Source of the DNA: Oceanococcus sp. HetDA_MAG_MS8
GTDB taxonomy: Bacteria; Pseudomonadota; Gammaproteobacteria; Nevskiales; Oceanococcaceae
DNA length: 64,000 bases
Assembly: GCA_019192445.1 (NCBI GenBank)
Contig: JAHCMK010000006.1
Coordinates: forward strand, 91,246-155,245
Direction: 5' to 3'
Shown here: positions 47,378 to 57,112 of the stretch, piece after piece
Layout: the number at the start of each line of letters is the position of its first letter
How positions within the stretch are numbered: the stretch's first letter is position 1
Program-made: the position numbers and the translations under genes
Notes under the pieces: generated by a model
The model's input: the letters and a program-made list of their open reading frames with translations, nothing else
Told to the model about the DNA's origin: nothing
Databases searched by the model: none

Positions 47378-48139
47378 ATGACATACAAAAAAGCGCTGGA
47401 ACGTATCAAGCGAGAAGGCCTTCTTGCCACTATGAGGTCTGTACCTCAATACTTGTATCGTAAATATCGAAGAAGGCAACACCGGAAAATGCTCGCGTTA
47501 CCGTCTTTAAGTGAGCGCTTTTCCGCAATCTATACCAACAACCTATGGGAGTCAGCGGAGTCCAAAAGCGGCCTGGGCAGTGAAATCACTTTCACACTGG
47601 CTCTTAGAAGCTGGCTCGTCGAAGCCATCCCGAAGCTCAGTATCAAAACAGTGGTCGATGCACCTTGCGGAGATTTTAACTGGATAAAGGAGCTACTGCC
47701 ACATACTAATGTTCATTATATCGGGCTGGATATTGTAGGGTCACTCATAGAAGAAAACAATAAGAACTTCGCCTCAGACCGAATACGTTTCGCCACGGCT
47801 GATATTTGTAGTGACACCATACCCCAATGCGATTTGCTGTTGATACGAGACTGCCTATTTCACCTGTCCATTGCCGACATAGACAAGGTTCTCAGGAACC
47901 TTGCCAATACAAACTACAAATACTTATTGACATCTACACATATCAACACCTCGGACTTCAGGAATAAGGATATTGTTTCGGGAGGGTTTCGCCGCATTGA
48001 CTTGTTCGCTCACCCTTTCAATTTCGACGAGAAACATGTGATTGAACGTGTCAATGACTCTCCTGAAGGGTTTGCCCATCCTCGACAGATGGTACTTTTT
48101 CGTAAATGCCATGTACCATCAGCCATTGCAATGACGTAG
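47378..48139 (+). CDS. class I SAM-dependent methyltransferase
   Basis: 253 aa. VVDAPCGDFNWIKELL, YIGLDIV and LLLIRDCLFHLS. Noticeably AT-richer than its neighbours. Confidence 0.7.
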   Translation: MTYKKALERIKREGLLATMRSVPQYLYRKYRRRQHRKMLALPSLSERFSAIYTNNLWESAESKSGLGSEITFTLALRSWLVEAIPKLSIKTVVDAPCGDFNWIKELLPHTNVHYIGLDIVGSLIEENNKNFASDRIRFATADICSDTIPQCDLLLIRDCLFHLSIADIDKVLRNLANTNYKYLLTSTHINTSDFRNKDIVSGGFRRIDLFAHPFNFDEKHVIERVNDSPEGFAHPRQMVLFRKCHVPSAIAMT

Positions 48140-48442
48140 CCTCGCAACATGTAGTTCGCAACTCATTTTCGAGGTGCCTTCCACCAGCTGCGACTAGCGT
48201 GAGTAGTCACGATTGCAATACCCTCTTTCTGAGGTTTTACCATCCCCCGTGAGGGCACAACGAACCACGAACACTACGCATAACGACAACCCGAACACCA
48301 CCGAAGTTTATGCCCTTTAGCATATGTAAAAAGGACGTATTGCCAGTTATACAGCCACAATCCAGCGTGTTCAGCTTAGCTACGCCAGGTTTTGGCGCCG
48401 GTTATTATGCCTGACGTTATACATCCTTGTGGGCGATAAACA

Positions 48443-49606
48443 ATGTGCAGTCCTACGCAGCGCTCCGGGGCGACGCCAAATGCGTCGAAAGCCAAAAAAC
48501 CCCTAAACTCGCAGTCCAACAGCAACCAAATATATACTTCCACACTGACATCGCTGAGAGGAATACTTGCTGTATGGGTCGTTGCGTTTCATTTTAGACA
48601 CGCCCTAGAAACACTTTTCCCAGCGCTTCAACACATTGCACCAATTACGGCAAAAGGGAACTTAGCCGTTCCAGCGTTCTTCATACTGAGCGGTTATATT
48701 TTAGGGGAGGCGCATGGAGGAGATTTCTCGCGCATATCGAAACAGGCGGTTACTAAGTTTTACCTTCTCAGGCTTGCGCGCATCTATCCAGTACATTTAA
48801 TCACAATGCTGCTATCTGGATCCATCGCATACACACTCTTGCATTTTGGATACCTGGAAAGCCTCTCTGCGTTTTCGGCAAAAGATGCCTTATATAATAT
48901 TCTGTTGATACATATGTGGCACCCCGTAGCTCAGTTGAGCTGGAACTATCCCTCTTGGTCAATAAGCTCAGAGTGGTTTGCCTACCTTCTCTTTCCGTTC
49001 TTTGCGATGATGACAGCACGCTTAGGGCATCAGGCAAGACCTGGATTCATTCTGCTTGCTTCCCTAGGTCTTGCTTTGGCTGGCAGCGAGTATTACACCC
49101 GTGGTCATCAGCAGCCGTTCTTTGGAATGGTGTGCATCATCCCTTATTTCCTCTCGGGCTTGCTCTTTCATCAGTTTCAGAGGTACCACGATCATCGCTC
49201 GATCAAGTTACCCCGCGCTCTCCTTCACTGCTGCACGGCAGCAGTGCTAGTGGCACCATTCTTTCTCGATGGCGATGCGGTTAGTATTGTGTTGCTATTC
49301 GTCCTCACTTTGATGATATTTTCCCTTGCCCTTTCAGGCACCGACAGTGCTAGAGGCTGGCAGCATCCATGGTTAGTATCTTTAGGAGCGCGCAGCTATT
49401 CACTTTATATGACCCATGCGCTGGTACAGATTGCCCTGTATCGAATTCTCCCAGCTGCAGAGTTCGCTGAGGGCGCCTTCTATGTTAGAGCGGGCATTTT
49501 CGGTATATACCTCACGCTAATCTGGCTTGCGTGTAGCTTTTGTTTCCGATACTGCGAACAGCCAAGTCGTACACGCCTGAAAAAACATATTCTGAATCGG
49601 CTTTAG
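48443..49606 (+). CDS. acyltransferase family 3 (O-acyl/acetyl transferase) membrane protein
   Basis: 387 aa, about 10 TM segments. N-terminal signature LTSLRGILAVWVVAFHF. Confidence 0.8.
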   Translation: MCSPTQRSGATPNASKAKKPLNSQSNSNQIYTSTLTSLRGILAVWVVAFHFRHALETLFPALQHIAPITAKGNLAVPAFFILSGYILGEAHGGDFSRISKQAVTKFYLLRLARIYPVHLITMLLSGSIAYTLLHFGYLESLSAFSAKDALYNILLIHMWHPVAQLSWNYPSWSISSEWFAYLLFPFFAMMTARLGHQARPGFILLASLGLALAGSEYYTRGHQQPFFGMVCIIPYFLSGLLFHQFQRYHDHRSIKLPRALLHCCTAAVLVAPFFLDGDAVSIVLLFVLTLMIFSLALSGTDSARGWQHPWLVSLGARSYSLYMTHALVQIALYRILPAAEFAEGAFYVRAGIFGIYLTLIWLACSFCFRYCEQPSRTRLKKHILNRL

Positions 49607-50256
49607 ATCGCATGAAGTTCACCACGATCGTCTACAACTAGAGCACGCCCAATCCGTGGGACTTGCCCGTACAACGGGTTTCACCAACCCTCACCCTGGT
49701 GAAGGGGCATGGAGTTTCATAGATCACCCGCGCAAAAACTTCGCATGCGTCAAGCGACGACGGGCATCACCATCGCGGAGCTTGCAGAGCTTCAGCTGGT
49801 AGGAATCGCTCACAGTCAAACTGTTCTGTCACACCAAAAAGCCCGACTCTGCGTTTAGCGCTCTGTCCTCTTGAGTAGTACAGCCTGCATTACTGTCAGC
49901 GAGCGCGATAAGAGCGCCGCAATCCTCTCACTCCACGTGATCTTATTGCCATTTACACTGCCCCGCCGGCAGCACCCCCTTGCCCCCTATTCTCGACGGG
50001 TCCCATCAGGGCAGCTGGAGGGAGACCACTATCAGCATTGGCTTTGATGTGACGACGCTAGCCTCGACAAAACCAGCGTATGACATCACCACCACAACCT
50101 GACCACTCCACAAAGTGGTTGCATACGCTTCGTGGCCTCTGTGGGAGTGACTGGGCTGTGCAAGCTACAACCACACTCAATTGTTCTGCAGTGCCAACTC
50201 ACAACAAAGGCGAATGTCGCTCACTTTGCGGCTACGCCTACCGGCTCGCGCTCCAT

Positions 50257-51405
50257 TTATTCCTTTCGCCTATCACTGTCGTCAGTCGCACGCTTTGAGA
50301 CAGACGTCGGAAACAACCTCTTTAGTCGCATGGCTGGACCTTCGATGAGCACGCCCGATAAATGAGCTGCGATCAGAATAAGGGCCAGCACAATCGCAAA
50401 GCTTGGCCATCCCTTTTGCTCACCAATGAGTTGATTTACACGTGGCTCAACAAATGTAAGAAATGGCATATGAAATAGGTAGATCGCATAGCTTAAGCTA
50501 CCAAGATACACGGGAACCTTTGACCGCAACCAGCCCAGCCACCACCTGGGTGGGCTAGTCACAATGAGTGCGATTAGACCCATGAATAACACAGCCGCCT
50601 GGGTCCATAGCAACGGCCTATGGAGAAGCTCTAAATCCGAAAGCCTTCCTGAATATCCAGCAATTAAATATGGAAGCAAGGAACCCAGGGCGGATAACAT
50701 AGAAATCCACCCGAGGCACGCTACCTTCATGAGGTTCCTTGTTGATCCAGTTGAACCGGCGGCGTAGTGAACAGCAACTGCCAACCCAACACCTAGTGCC
50801 AAACAGTCTATCTGACTCAGCAATAGCACTGGCGCCAACACCTGTGTCTTCAGATACAACCCGACGACTAGAAGACCGACCAAGGCCACTGATATACCGA
50901 TTAGGCCAAAGCGGGGGACAATCAGCAAGAGCAACAGCGGAAGGCATAGATAGAACTGCTCTTCAATTGCCAGAGTCCATATTGGCAGAAGGCCAGGAAG
51001 GAATTCGAGAAAGGAAAAGGGGTGATCCGACAGATTGAAATACAACGGTGTGAACTGAAGGTACACCATCGAAAGCTTCCATTCCGTGAAGCGAACTGTC
51101 GCGAAAAATTCATCACCATAACGAGACAAACTGTAGACGAGGTATACGACCAGCACAAAGTAGTATGCCGGCCAAACACGCAGAGCTCTTCTTATATAGA
51201 AGTTTCTCAGTGAAAATCTGCCGGCAACCAAGTCAATCAGGATAATACGCCCAATTAGATAGCCTGATAGCACAAAAAACATGGGCACCCAGCACCACGC
51301 CCAGAAGATATAGGTTGGATCCCAATGGTAGAAAACAACCATTAAAGCCCCAACACCACGGAGCCCGTCTAGCTCCGATATATTTTGAATTCTTTGCTGC
51401 GCCAT
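50257..51405 (-). CDS. acyltransferase family 3 membrane protein, second copy
   Basis: 382 aa, polytopic. ELDGLRGVGALMVVFYH signature. LGSLSYAIYLFHMP late motif. Confidence 0.8.
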   Translation of the reverse strand: MAQQRIQNISELDGLRGVGALMVVFYHWDPTYIFWAWCWVPMFFVLSGYLIGRIILIDLVAGRFSLRNFYIRRALRVWPAYYFVLVVYLVYSLSRYGDEFFATVRFTEWKLSMVYLQFTPLYFNLSDHPFSFLEFLPGLLPIWTLAIEEQFYLCLPLLLLLIVPRFGLIGISVALVGLLVVGLYLKTQVLAPVLLLSQIDCLALGVGLAVAVHYAAGSTGSTRNLMKVACLGWISMLSALGSLLPYLIAGYSGRLSDLELLHRPLLWTQAAVLFMGLIALIVTSPPRWWLGWLRSKVPVYLGSLSYAIYLFHMPFLTFVEPRVNQLIGEQKGWPSFAIVLALILIAAHLSGVLIEGPAMRLKRLFPTSVSKRATDDSDRRKE

Positions 51406-51586
51406 TGGTTTTACTTTATTGTGGGCAGCAAGTCGTTTTGGACCAGGTTGTGGTCTATCTCCGCAACCGATTTGGTGGTCAGCATTGCATACTGCCGCAC
51501 GCTCGAAGACGACAAGCTCAATACCTCGAATTGGTTTGTCTGACTCACCCTTGAACCTAGCCGACTGATGGCGCTGCTTTGAACAC

Positions 51587-53332
51587 TCATTGGCTGCGGG
51601 AAGCCTTGATGCGGCGCGCTGTTCTCAGAGCGCGCGCGAGTCTCCCATACCGCCACCCAATGTGCGATCGCTGAATCGCCAGGGTGTCATGGACATCCTC
51701 AATCAACTCGTAATCCAGGCTATCTAATAGTTCGTTACATAGATTCTTGTCAGCGTCTGCGAAATGCTTATGCTCGAACAGGACAACGGCCGGGCGAAAT
51801 TCCAACCCTTGAATATCTTTGAGTATTTCAAAGTCATGCCCCTCCGCATCAATATGCAATAAATCCAGGTTGTCTAAGTCATGTTTCTTACATAACTCTT
51901 TGAGGGTAATACACCTCACGCTCTCTTCCACAATGCGGTCGGCAATATCAGGGATGTACTCCCTATGCTTCATGAGATGCGCCAGGTCGAATGAGCCTAT
52001 CTGGTCATACCAGGGTGGCAGATACGGATCGGAGCTATGGCGCAAGTAGTAAAACGTGGCTTGCTTTTCAGTGCGCGTTACCGCGGCTCGCTCAAGCTCG
52101 AGTCGTTTGTTGTTCCCGTAGCGCTGCTGTAGGCGCTCAAAGACATATGGGACGGGCTCTACCAGAATGCCGGACCACTCCCGGTTCGAGACATAGCTCT
52201 GCAATGGGTCGTCACAAACAGCATCATTGGATCCAACCTGAAGGAACTTAATGTTACTGCGAGTGTACGCAAAGGCTTCGAGGACATGGCGAAAAGGGCT
52301 TCGCCTCGGAGGCGCGTTTCGCAGGGTCCAGTAAACGTCACGCAACCACGCACCTAACCAGTTCTCTGGTGTACTGGACCAACGCAGAAGGTGAGTTTTG
52401 ATGCGTCGCCTGATTGGTGGCCCCGCCATAAAACGCTGCCAACGCCACTCCACACCGGCCGGCACCATGCCAATAAGGCCGTTCCGTACGGTGCGGCCCA
52501 CGATCGGGCGCGTCTCCCACGGTGTCTGTGCGAGCACATCGAAAAATTCGCGCCGATAGGGATTACGACAGCGTTGATGCCAAGCCTTAAAAGGGCCGAT
52601 GAAGTGCACGATTCGTGGCGATTGACGCGCCTGATTTATGTGTTTCACCGCATAGGGCAACGCCGAGTATGGGGCCGTGAACAGAACTGTCATCGCATTC
52701 CACTTCGGCTCCAACTGCAGCCAGCGACCTCTAAAAACTGCATTCAGTGGATCTTGATCAGCCCAAGGCATGGGTGCACGCCGCTCCTTGATAAAGTCGA
52801 TAAGGGCGTCAACACAGCCATCTTTTCGCATACGCTCAAGGTCCATGAGCATAACGCCACTATTAAAATACGCCTCAGGTGTTGATACTCCGAGTTGTTT
52901 GACGCGGGAAAACTCAGAAGGCAGCAGAGGCTGACTTACGGCTGCGAGCAAGTGCTCGCCTAAGTCCACTTGCCACAAGGCAGCCAGGTCCCCCCTGACG
53001 AGGGTATCAGCATCAACGTACAGAATTCTGCGTTGATTCGTGAGCAGTGTTGGAAGCAGGACTCGGTACCATGCCGACAAACCGAACCGTTGAGTTCTCG
53101 GGAATATTGTGCACATCTCAGGGTGGACCCTTGCAGGGCACCATGAAGCGCCGTGGCCTTGAACCACCCGCTCCAATGTCGCTAAATCTTCAGGCTGGCT
53201 GGCGTCGTCATACAGAAAGTGAATGCTGACCTGATGAGTCTTATTGTGGCTGAGCAAAGAGCTAAGCATTACGCCACAATCGACGATCAACCGGCTGTCG
53301 GCTGAGCAAGCGATGTGCAAGTGTTCGGTCAT
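51587..53332 (-). CDS. bifunctional GT8 glycosyltransferase / FkbM-family methyltransferase fusion
   Basis: 581 aa. The N-terminal half is GT8 (HIACSADSRLIVDCGVMLSSLL, ILYVDADTLV DxD, YFNSGVMLMDL, IVHFIGPFKAWH). The C-terminal half is FkbM-like (FLQVGSNDAVCDDPL, VEPVPYVFERL, LLHIDAEGHDFEIL). Confidence 0.8.
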   Translation of the reverse strand: MTEHLHIACSADSRLIVDCGVMLSSLLSHNKTHQVSIHFLYDDASQPEDLATLERVVQGHGASWCPARVHPEMCTIFPRTQRFGLSAWYRVLLPTLLTNQRRILYVDADTLVRGDLAALWQVDLGEHLLAAVSQPLLPSEFSRVKQLGVSTPEAYFNSGVMLMDLERMRKDGCVDALIDFIKERRAPMPWADQDPLNAVFRGRWLQLEPKWNAMTVLFTAPYSALPYAVKHINQARQSPRIVHFIGPFKAWHQRCRNPYRREFFDVLAQTPWETRPIVGRTVRNGLIGMVPAGVEWRWQRFMAGPPIRRRIKTHLLRWSSTPENWLGAWLRDVYWTLRNAPPRRSPFRHVLEAFAYTRSNIKFLQVGSNDAVCDDPLQSYVSNREWSGILVEPVPYVFERLQQRYGNNKRLELERAAVTRTEKQATFYYLRHSSDPYLPPWYDQIGSFDLAHLMKHREYIPDIADRIVEESVRCITLKELCKKHDLDNLDLLHIDAEGHDFEILKDIQGLEFRPAVVLFEHKHFADADKNLCNELLDSLDYELIEDVHDTLAIQRSHIGWRYGRLARALRTARRIKASRSQ

Positions 53333-54315
53333 CCAGGCCCACCTTTGGGTTTACGCCACCACTTCAATGACGCTTTCAATTGTCGCAGGCGCCCCCACCA
53401 CAACTCTAGGAAATAGGCCCAAACAGCGGGTATCCTGTGTAATACCCAGTTGGGGAAGCTCTCTCCAATGACCGCACAATCAGGCCAGTCAGTCCGCCGG
53501 CGATAGCGAAAATATTCTTTCTTATATGGAACGCGGCACCGGTAATGCCAGGGTTTAAAAGGCCCGCTAAAATGTACGATCGCCGGTTGGGTCCGCGCCT
53601 CATAGATTTCAGAGGTAGAGTATGGCAAGTAGCGGCGTGGAAGTTGGAAGTAGGCGGTTTGGGCATTCCAGCGCGGCTCTAAGTCGACTCTACTGTCCGC
53701 ATAGACGATGTTCAGCGGATCCTGGTCAACCCAGGGAAAGCGCCCTCCTTCGCGCCGCACAAGTTCGAGTAACCGGCGTGCCCGGCCGGTTTCTCGCATG
53801 GCCTTCAAGTCCATCAGTAACACGCCGCTATTAAAGTAACGATCAGGCTCATTTAAGCCTAACCCATCGCGAATCCTAGGCACCATGTGCGAATACAAAG
53901 GATTTGTCACCGCAGCAAGGCAATGACCGTTGAGAGGACGTTCCCATAGGGACCAAAGGCTCTTCATCACCACGATATCTGAGTCTAGGTAAAGGACTCG
54001 CTCTAACGGCGCCAGTAAATCTGGTAGAAGAAGCCTGAAACTTGCACTCAGACCGTATCGCGGTGAGTCCTGTAGATGAGCGATCAAGTGATGCGGAACA
54101 GCCAACGGCCGCCACTCTCCCCCAGCCCGGGCCACAGAACTAGCGAGCCCTGCCATTACGGGTGCAGGCAACTGCTTGTCGTGCAAAAAGTGTATGACAA
54201 CACGGTTAGGGTCATGCTGGCTCATCAGAGAAACCAGCATGGTTGCGCAATCCGCCGCAAAGTCTGCATCAGCAGCACAAGCTACGTGCAGTTCATTGGG
54301 AATCGCGCCGCTCAT
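53329..54315 (-). CDS. GT8 glycosyltransferase
   Basis: 328 aa. LHVACAADADFAADCATMLVSLM, VLYLDSDIVV, YFNSGVLLMDL and IVHFSGPFKPWH. Confidence 0.85.
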   Translation of the reverse strand: MSGAIPNELHVACAADADFAADCATMLVSLMSQHDPNRVVIHFLHDKQLPAPVMAGLASSVARAGGEWRPLAVPHHLIAHLQDSPRYGLSASFRLLLPDLLAPLERVLYLDSDIVVMKSLWSLWERPLNGHCLAAVTNPLYSHMVPRIRDGLGLNEPDRYFNSGVLLMDLKAMRETGRARRLLELVRREGGRFPWVDQDPLNIVYADSRVDLEPRWNAQTAYFQLPRRYLPYSTSEIYEARTQPAIVHFSGPFKPWHYRCRVPYKKEYFRYRRRTDWPDCAVIGESFPNWVLHRIPAVWAYFLELWWGRLRQLKASLKWWRKPKGGPG

Positions 54316-55214
54316 CCACCCAGATCCAGTATTTTTTCAGGGAGTAGCCTGCGCAAGCGTGGCCGTAGTTGGTCTCGCCAGTACACTAGCTTGCGATGCA
54401 GGTAGGGGGGGTCTATCAGATCAAGTAACCCATGCTTTTTCTGCGTCGCGTACAGATGGTTAGAGTCAGAGCGACTCTTTGGCTCCTCAATGTTCAGAAA
54501 CGCACTCAAAAAGCCTTTCGACTCCCCTAGGTCTGAGGTGCAAACCACTATCCTCCTGGATTCAGGAATTGCTTCCAGGACTAGGTTCAGGTGTGCGGCC
54601 CAAAAACGTAGATATCCATCGAGTGGGAAAAGGCCACGATTCTCAAGTGGTTGTTCGTCACCGGCGCATGGGCGGCTGAAGCCGGAAAAATAATAGTGAT
54701 AAACCGACGCCCAGAGAGGCGCTTGCGACTGAATCCACTCACGGGCATTCAATTGGTCATCAAGCATCGACCCAAGCCACGCTCGTGGAGACCGGACCGT
54801 AATGATGAACTTGGCGTGAGGAAATAGACTCACCAGAGTGGGGGTAAACGCGGCCAATAAGTGGTTGGACTCGAGCTCCCAACTGTCCTGCTTATCTCGC
54901 CAGTAAAGCCAGCTCCGGTAATCCTGCTTCAACTCCGGAAACCTCCGGCTTTCTTGGATCGCTCTCAGTAGTGGCTTACTAGTTGGCTCGTGCTGAACCT
55001 TCAGGCATGACTCAAACATACCGGCCACTGAGTGCGTACCGGTTTTTGGGGCGCCAACACAATAAGCATGCACGCGACGCTTGCCTCGCTGACGCTCAGC
55101 CAAGAGAAGGCCAGCCCGGTCTAGGTAACGGTAGGGGTGGGCGCTGGTCACAATACCCAGCCCCTTCTTGCCATCCTCTTGTACACAGGGAACTGCCAGG
55201 AAGGAGGGAGACAT
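54312..55214 (-). CDS. probable sulfotransferase
   Basis: 5'-PSB-like YCVGAPKTGTHSVAGMF and 3'-PB-like FIITVRSPRAWLGSMLD. The ATG at 55214 overlaps the upstream GT8 by 67 nt. The alternative GTG at 55151 gives a GTGA stop/start overlap. Confidence 0.55.
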   Translation of the reverse strand: MSPSFLAVPCVQEDGKKGLGIVTSAHPYRYLDRAGLLLAERQRGKRRVHAYCVGAPKTGTHSVAGMFESCLKVQHEPTSKPLLRAIQESRRFPELKQDYRSWLYWRDKQDSWELESNHLLAAFTPTLVSLFPHAKFIITVRSPRAWLGSMLDDQLNAREWIQSQAPLWASVYHYYFSGFSRPCAGDEQPLENRGLFPLDGYLRFWAAHLNLVLEAIPESRRIVVCTSDLGESKGFLSAFLNIEEPKSRSDSNHLYATQKKHGLLDLIDPPYLHRKLVYWRDQLRPRLRRLLPEKILDLGG

Positions 55215-56086
55215 CGTACCGCTCTCACTAGGCCAGTATTACCAATCCAAGGGGTACGACACCAAGGGGTTGATGACCATGATTCTCTAAATTCTGAGGT
55301 GTAAGGGTGCTGACACATCACATGCCAGGGCTTGGCGTGACCCGGCCCCTCAAAATGAACGATGCCAGGAGCGTCAACAGCCTCCCGCAAAGCACTTTCT
55401 CCAAGAACCTCTCGCGCGCGCTGCGGCCAAAAGAAAAACGAATTCTGGCAATTCCAGCGCGGGTGCAAAGCCAACCTTCGGCCTCCAAGCACTTTGTTGA
55501 GAGCATCTTGATCCGGCCACGCGAGCTCGGCCGCCCTCGCACGACCAAATGCTGCTAAATCTGCGACGACACCATCGGCACGCATCAGCTCAAGATTGAG
55601 CAACAGGACACCGCTGTTAAAGTACCTTTGCCCAGGCATTAGGCCCAGCTTTACTGACCAAGATGCCATTGATTTAGGCAGAACATTATCAACTGCTGCG
55701 AGATAATAATCTTCCAGCGACATCTGCCACACCGGGGTAAGGTCCGAGGTAACGAGTGCATCACAGTCTAGGTAGAGCACCTTCTCGATGCCAGACAATA
55801 GTTCTGGGAGATATATTCGGTACCACATTAACGCAGGAATGAATCGTAAACGCGGCAGGCCTTTCAAGCGATCGGATGAAGCGACATAGGTATGCAGGCT
55901 ACCGCCGCTGAACTCAATCATTTCGGCCAGTCTAGAAACATCCTCTGGGCTAACGTCGGGGGTGTGTAAAAGGTGTACGCGCACTCTGTGAGATGGAGAG
56001 TTACTGAGAACAGAGTGAATCATCGCTGCGCAGGGAGGCAGGTAATTGGCGTCAGTAGCACATGCTAAATCCATGCAACCATCCAC
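55148..56086 (-). CDS. GT8 glycosyltransferase
   Basis: 312 aa. MDLACATDANYLPPCAAMIHSVL, VLYLDCDALV, YFNSGVLLLNL and IVHFEGPGHAKPWH. Confidence 0.85.
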   Translation of the reverse strand: MDGCMDLACATDANYLPPCAAMIHSVLSNSPSHRVRVHLLHTPDVSPEDVSRLAEMIEFSGGSLHTYVASSDRLKGLPRLRFIPALMWYRIYLPELLSGIEKVLYLDCDALVTSDLTPVWQMSLEDYYLAAVDNVLPKSMASWSVKLGLMPGQRYFNSGVLLLNLELMRADGVVADLAAFGRARAAELAWPDQDALNKVLGGRRLALHPRWNCQNSFFFWPQRAREVLGESALREAVDAPGIVHFEGPGHAKPWHVMCQHPYTSEFRESWSSTPWCRTPWIGNTGLVRAVRCLPPSWQFPVYKRMARRGWVL

Positions 56087-56284
56087 TTGTTTGGCATGAG
56101 CGCAACCACTTCATCCTGTAGTAGTCCTGCCAGACCAGAGCACCGCCTCGCTGCGCGGCACAAAAACCCAGTGAACACCAATGTATTTATTGTACGATCG
56201 TGTGATGTTCTAAATATGTGGCCATTGAATCTGAACAGCTCCCCCATATTGCGCCGAACGCCTTCTGCCTCACTGAGACTCGGG

Positions 56285-57109
56285 TTATGCAAAGGACTCA
56301 AGCAAGCGCTGGCGCCGCGCCTTAAGGCGACCCCATTTTTTCCATAAACGTTCAGATAATAGCTGCGACTGCACACCCCACGTATCAAGCCCCTCCTCAT
56401 TCAAGTCGTAGCCAGCAGACTGTAGCAGCAACATACATTGTTTGCGATCGGTGCTTGATAAATGGTGGTGCTCATAGATTACCAAGCGAGGCTTCAGGGT
56501 AGAAAAGTCGATTTGTTTTATGATCTCAAAGTCATAACCTTCGGTGTCAATGTGCAGCACATCAACAGTCTTAATGTCATGCTTCGAACATAGAGACTCA
56601 AAGGTCAAGCAGGGGACCTCACTACAGACAATTCGACTCTCAATGTCCGGTATGAATTTGGCATGCCGAAGTAAAATCTCTCGAGAAAACGACCCCAAGC
56701 CATCGTACCAAGAGGGCAGCTCTTCATCTGGGCTGGCCTGAGGTAGGTGGTAAAATGGCATAACGCCTTCTTCCTGAGAAATAGCGACGTTTTCTAGCGC
56801 GAGTCGCTCACAGGTGTTATACCTGTTAAATAATCGCTCAAAAACGTAAGGGACTGGCTCCACCATTACCCCGCTCCATGCTGATTTCTGAATAGCATCA
56901 TGGAGAGGGTCTTGCTGGAGGCCGTCGTTTGAACCAATTTGAATGAATGTTGCTTGCGGGTAGGCTCTTGCAAATGCGAGCATGAAATCAGGTCCCACCA
57001 GCCTGCGCAGCCTACGCCTCTGCCTCCATATGCGCCGTGCATGCTGGAGTATTCCTTCACCATTTGAAACTCTCGAGAAATACAACCAGAAGCGATGAAG
57101 AAAAGTCAT
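56285..57109 (-). CDS. FkbM-family methyltransferase (stand-alone paralogue of the 51587-53332 C-terminal domain)
   Basis: 274 aa. FIQIGSNDGLQQDPL, VEPVPYVFERL (identical to the fusion protein) and VLHIDTEGYDFEII. Confidence 0.8.
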   Translation of the reverse strand: MTFLHRFWLYFSRVSNGEGILQHARRIWRQRRRLRRLVGPDFMLAFARAYPQATFIQIGSNDGLQQDPLHDAIQKSAWSGVMVEPVPYVFERLFNRYNTCERLALENVAISQEEGVMPFYHLPQASPDEELPSWYDGLGSFSREILLRHAKFIPDIESRIVCSEVPCLTFESLCSKHDIKTVDVLHIDTEGYDFEIIKQIDFSTLKPRLVIYEHHHLSSTDRKQCMLLLQSAGYDLNEEGLDTWGVQSQLLSERLWKKWGRLKARRQRLLESFA

Positions 57110-57112
57110 TAC

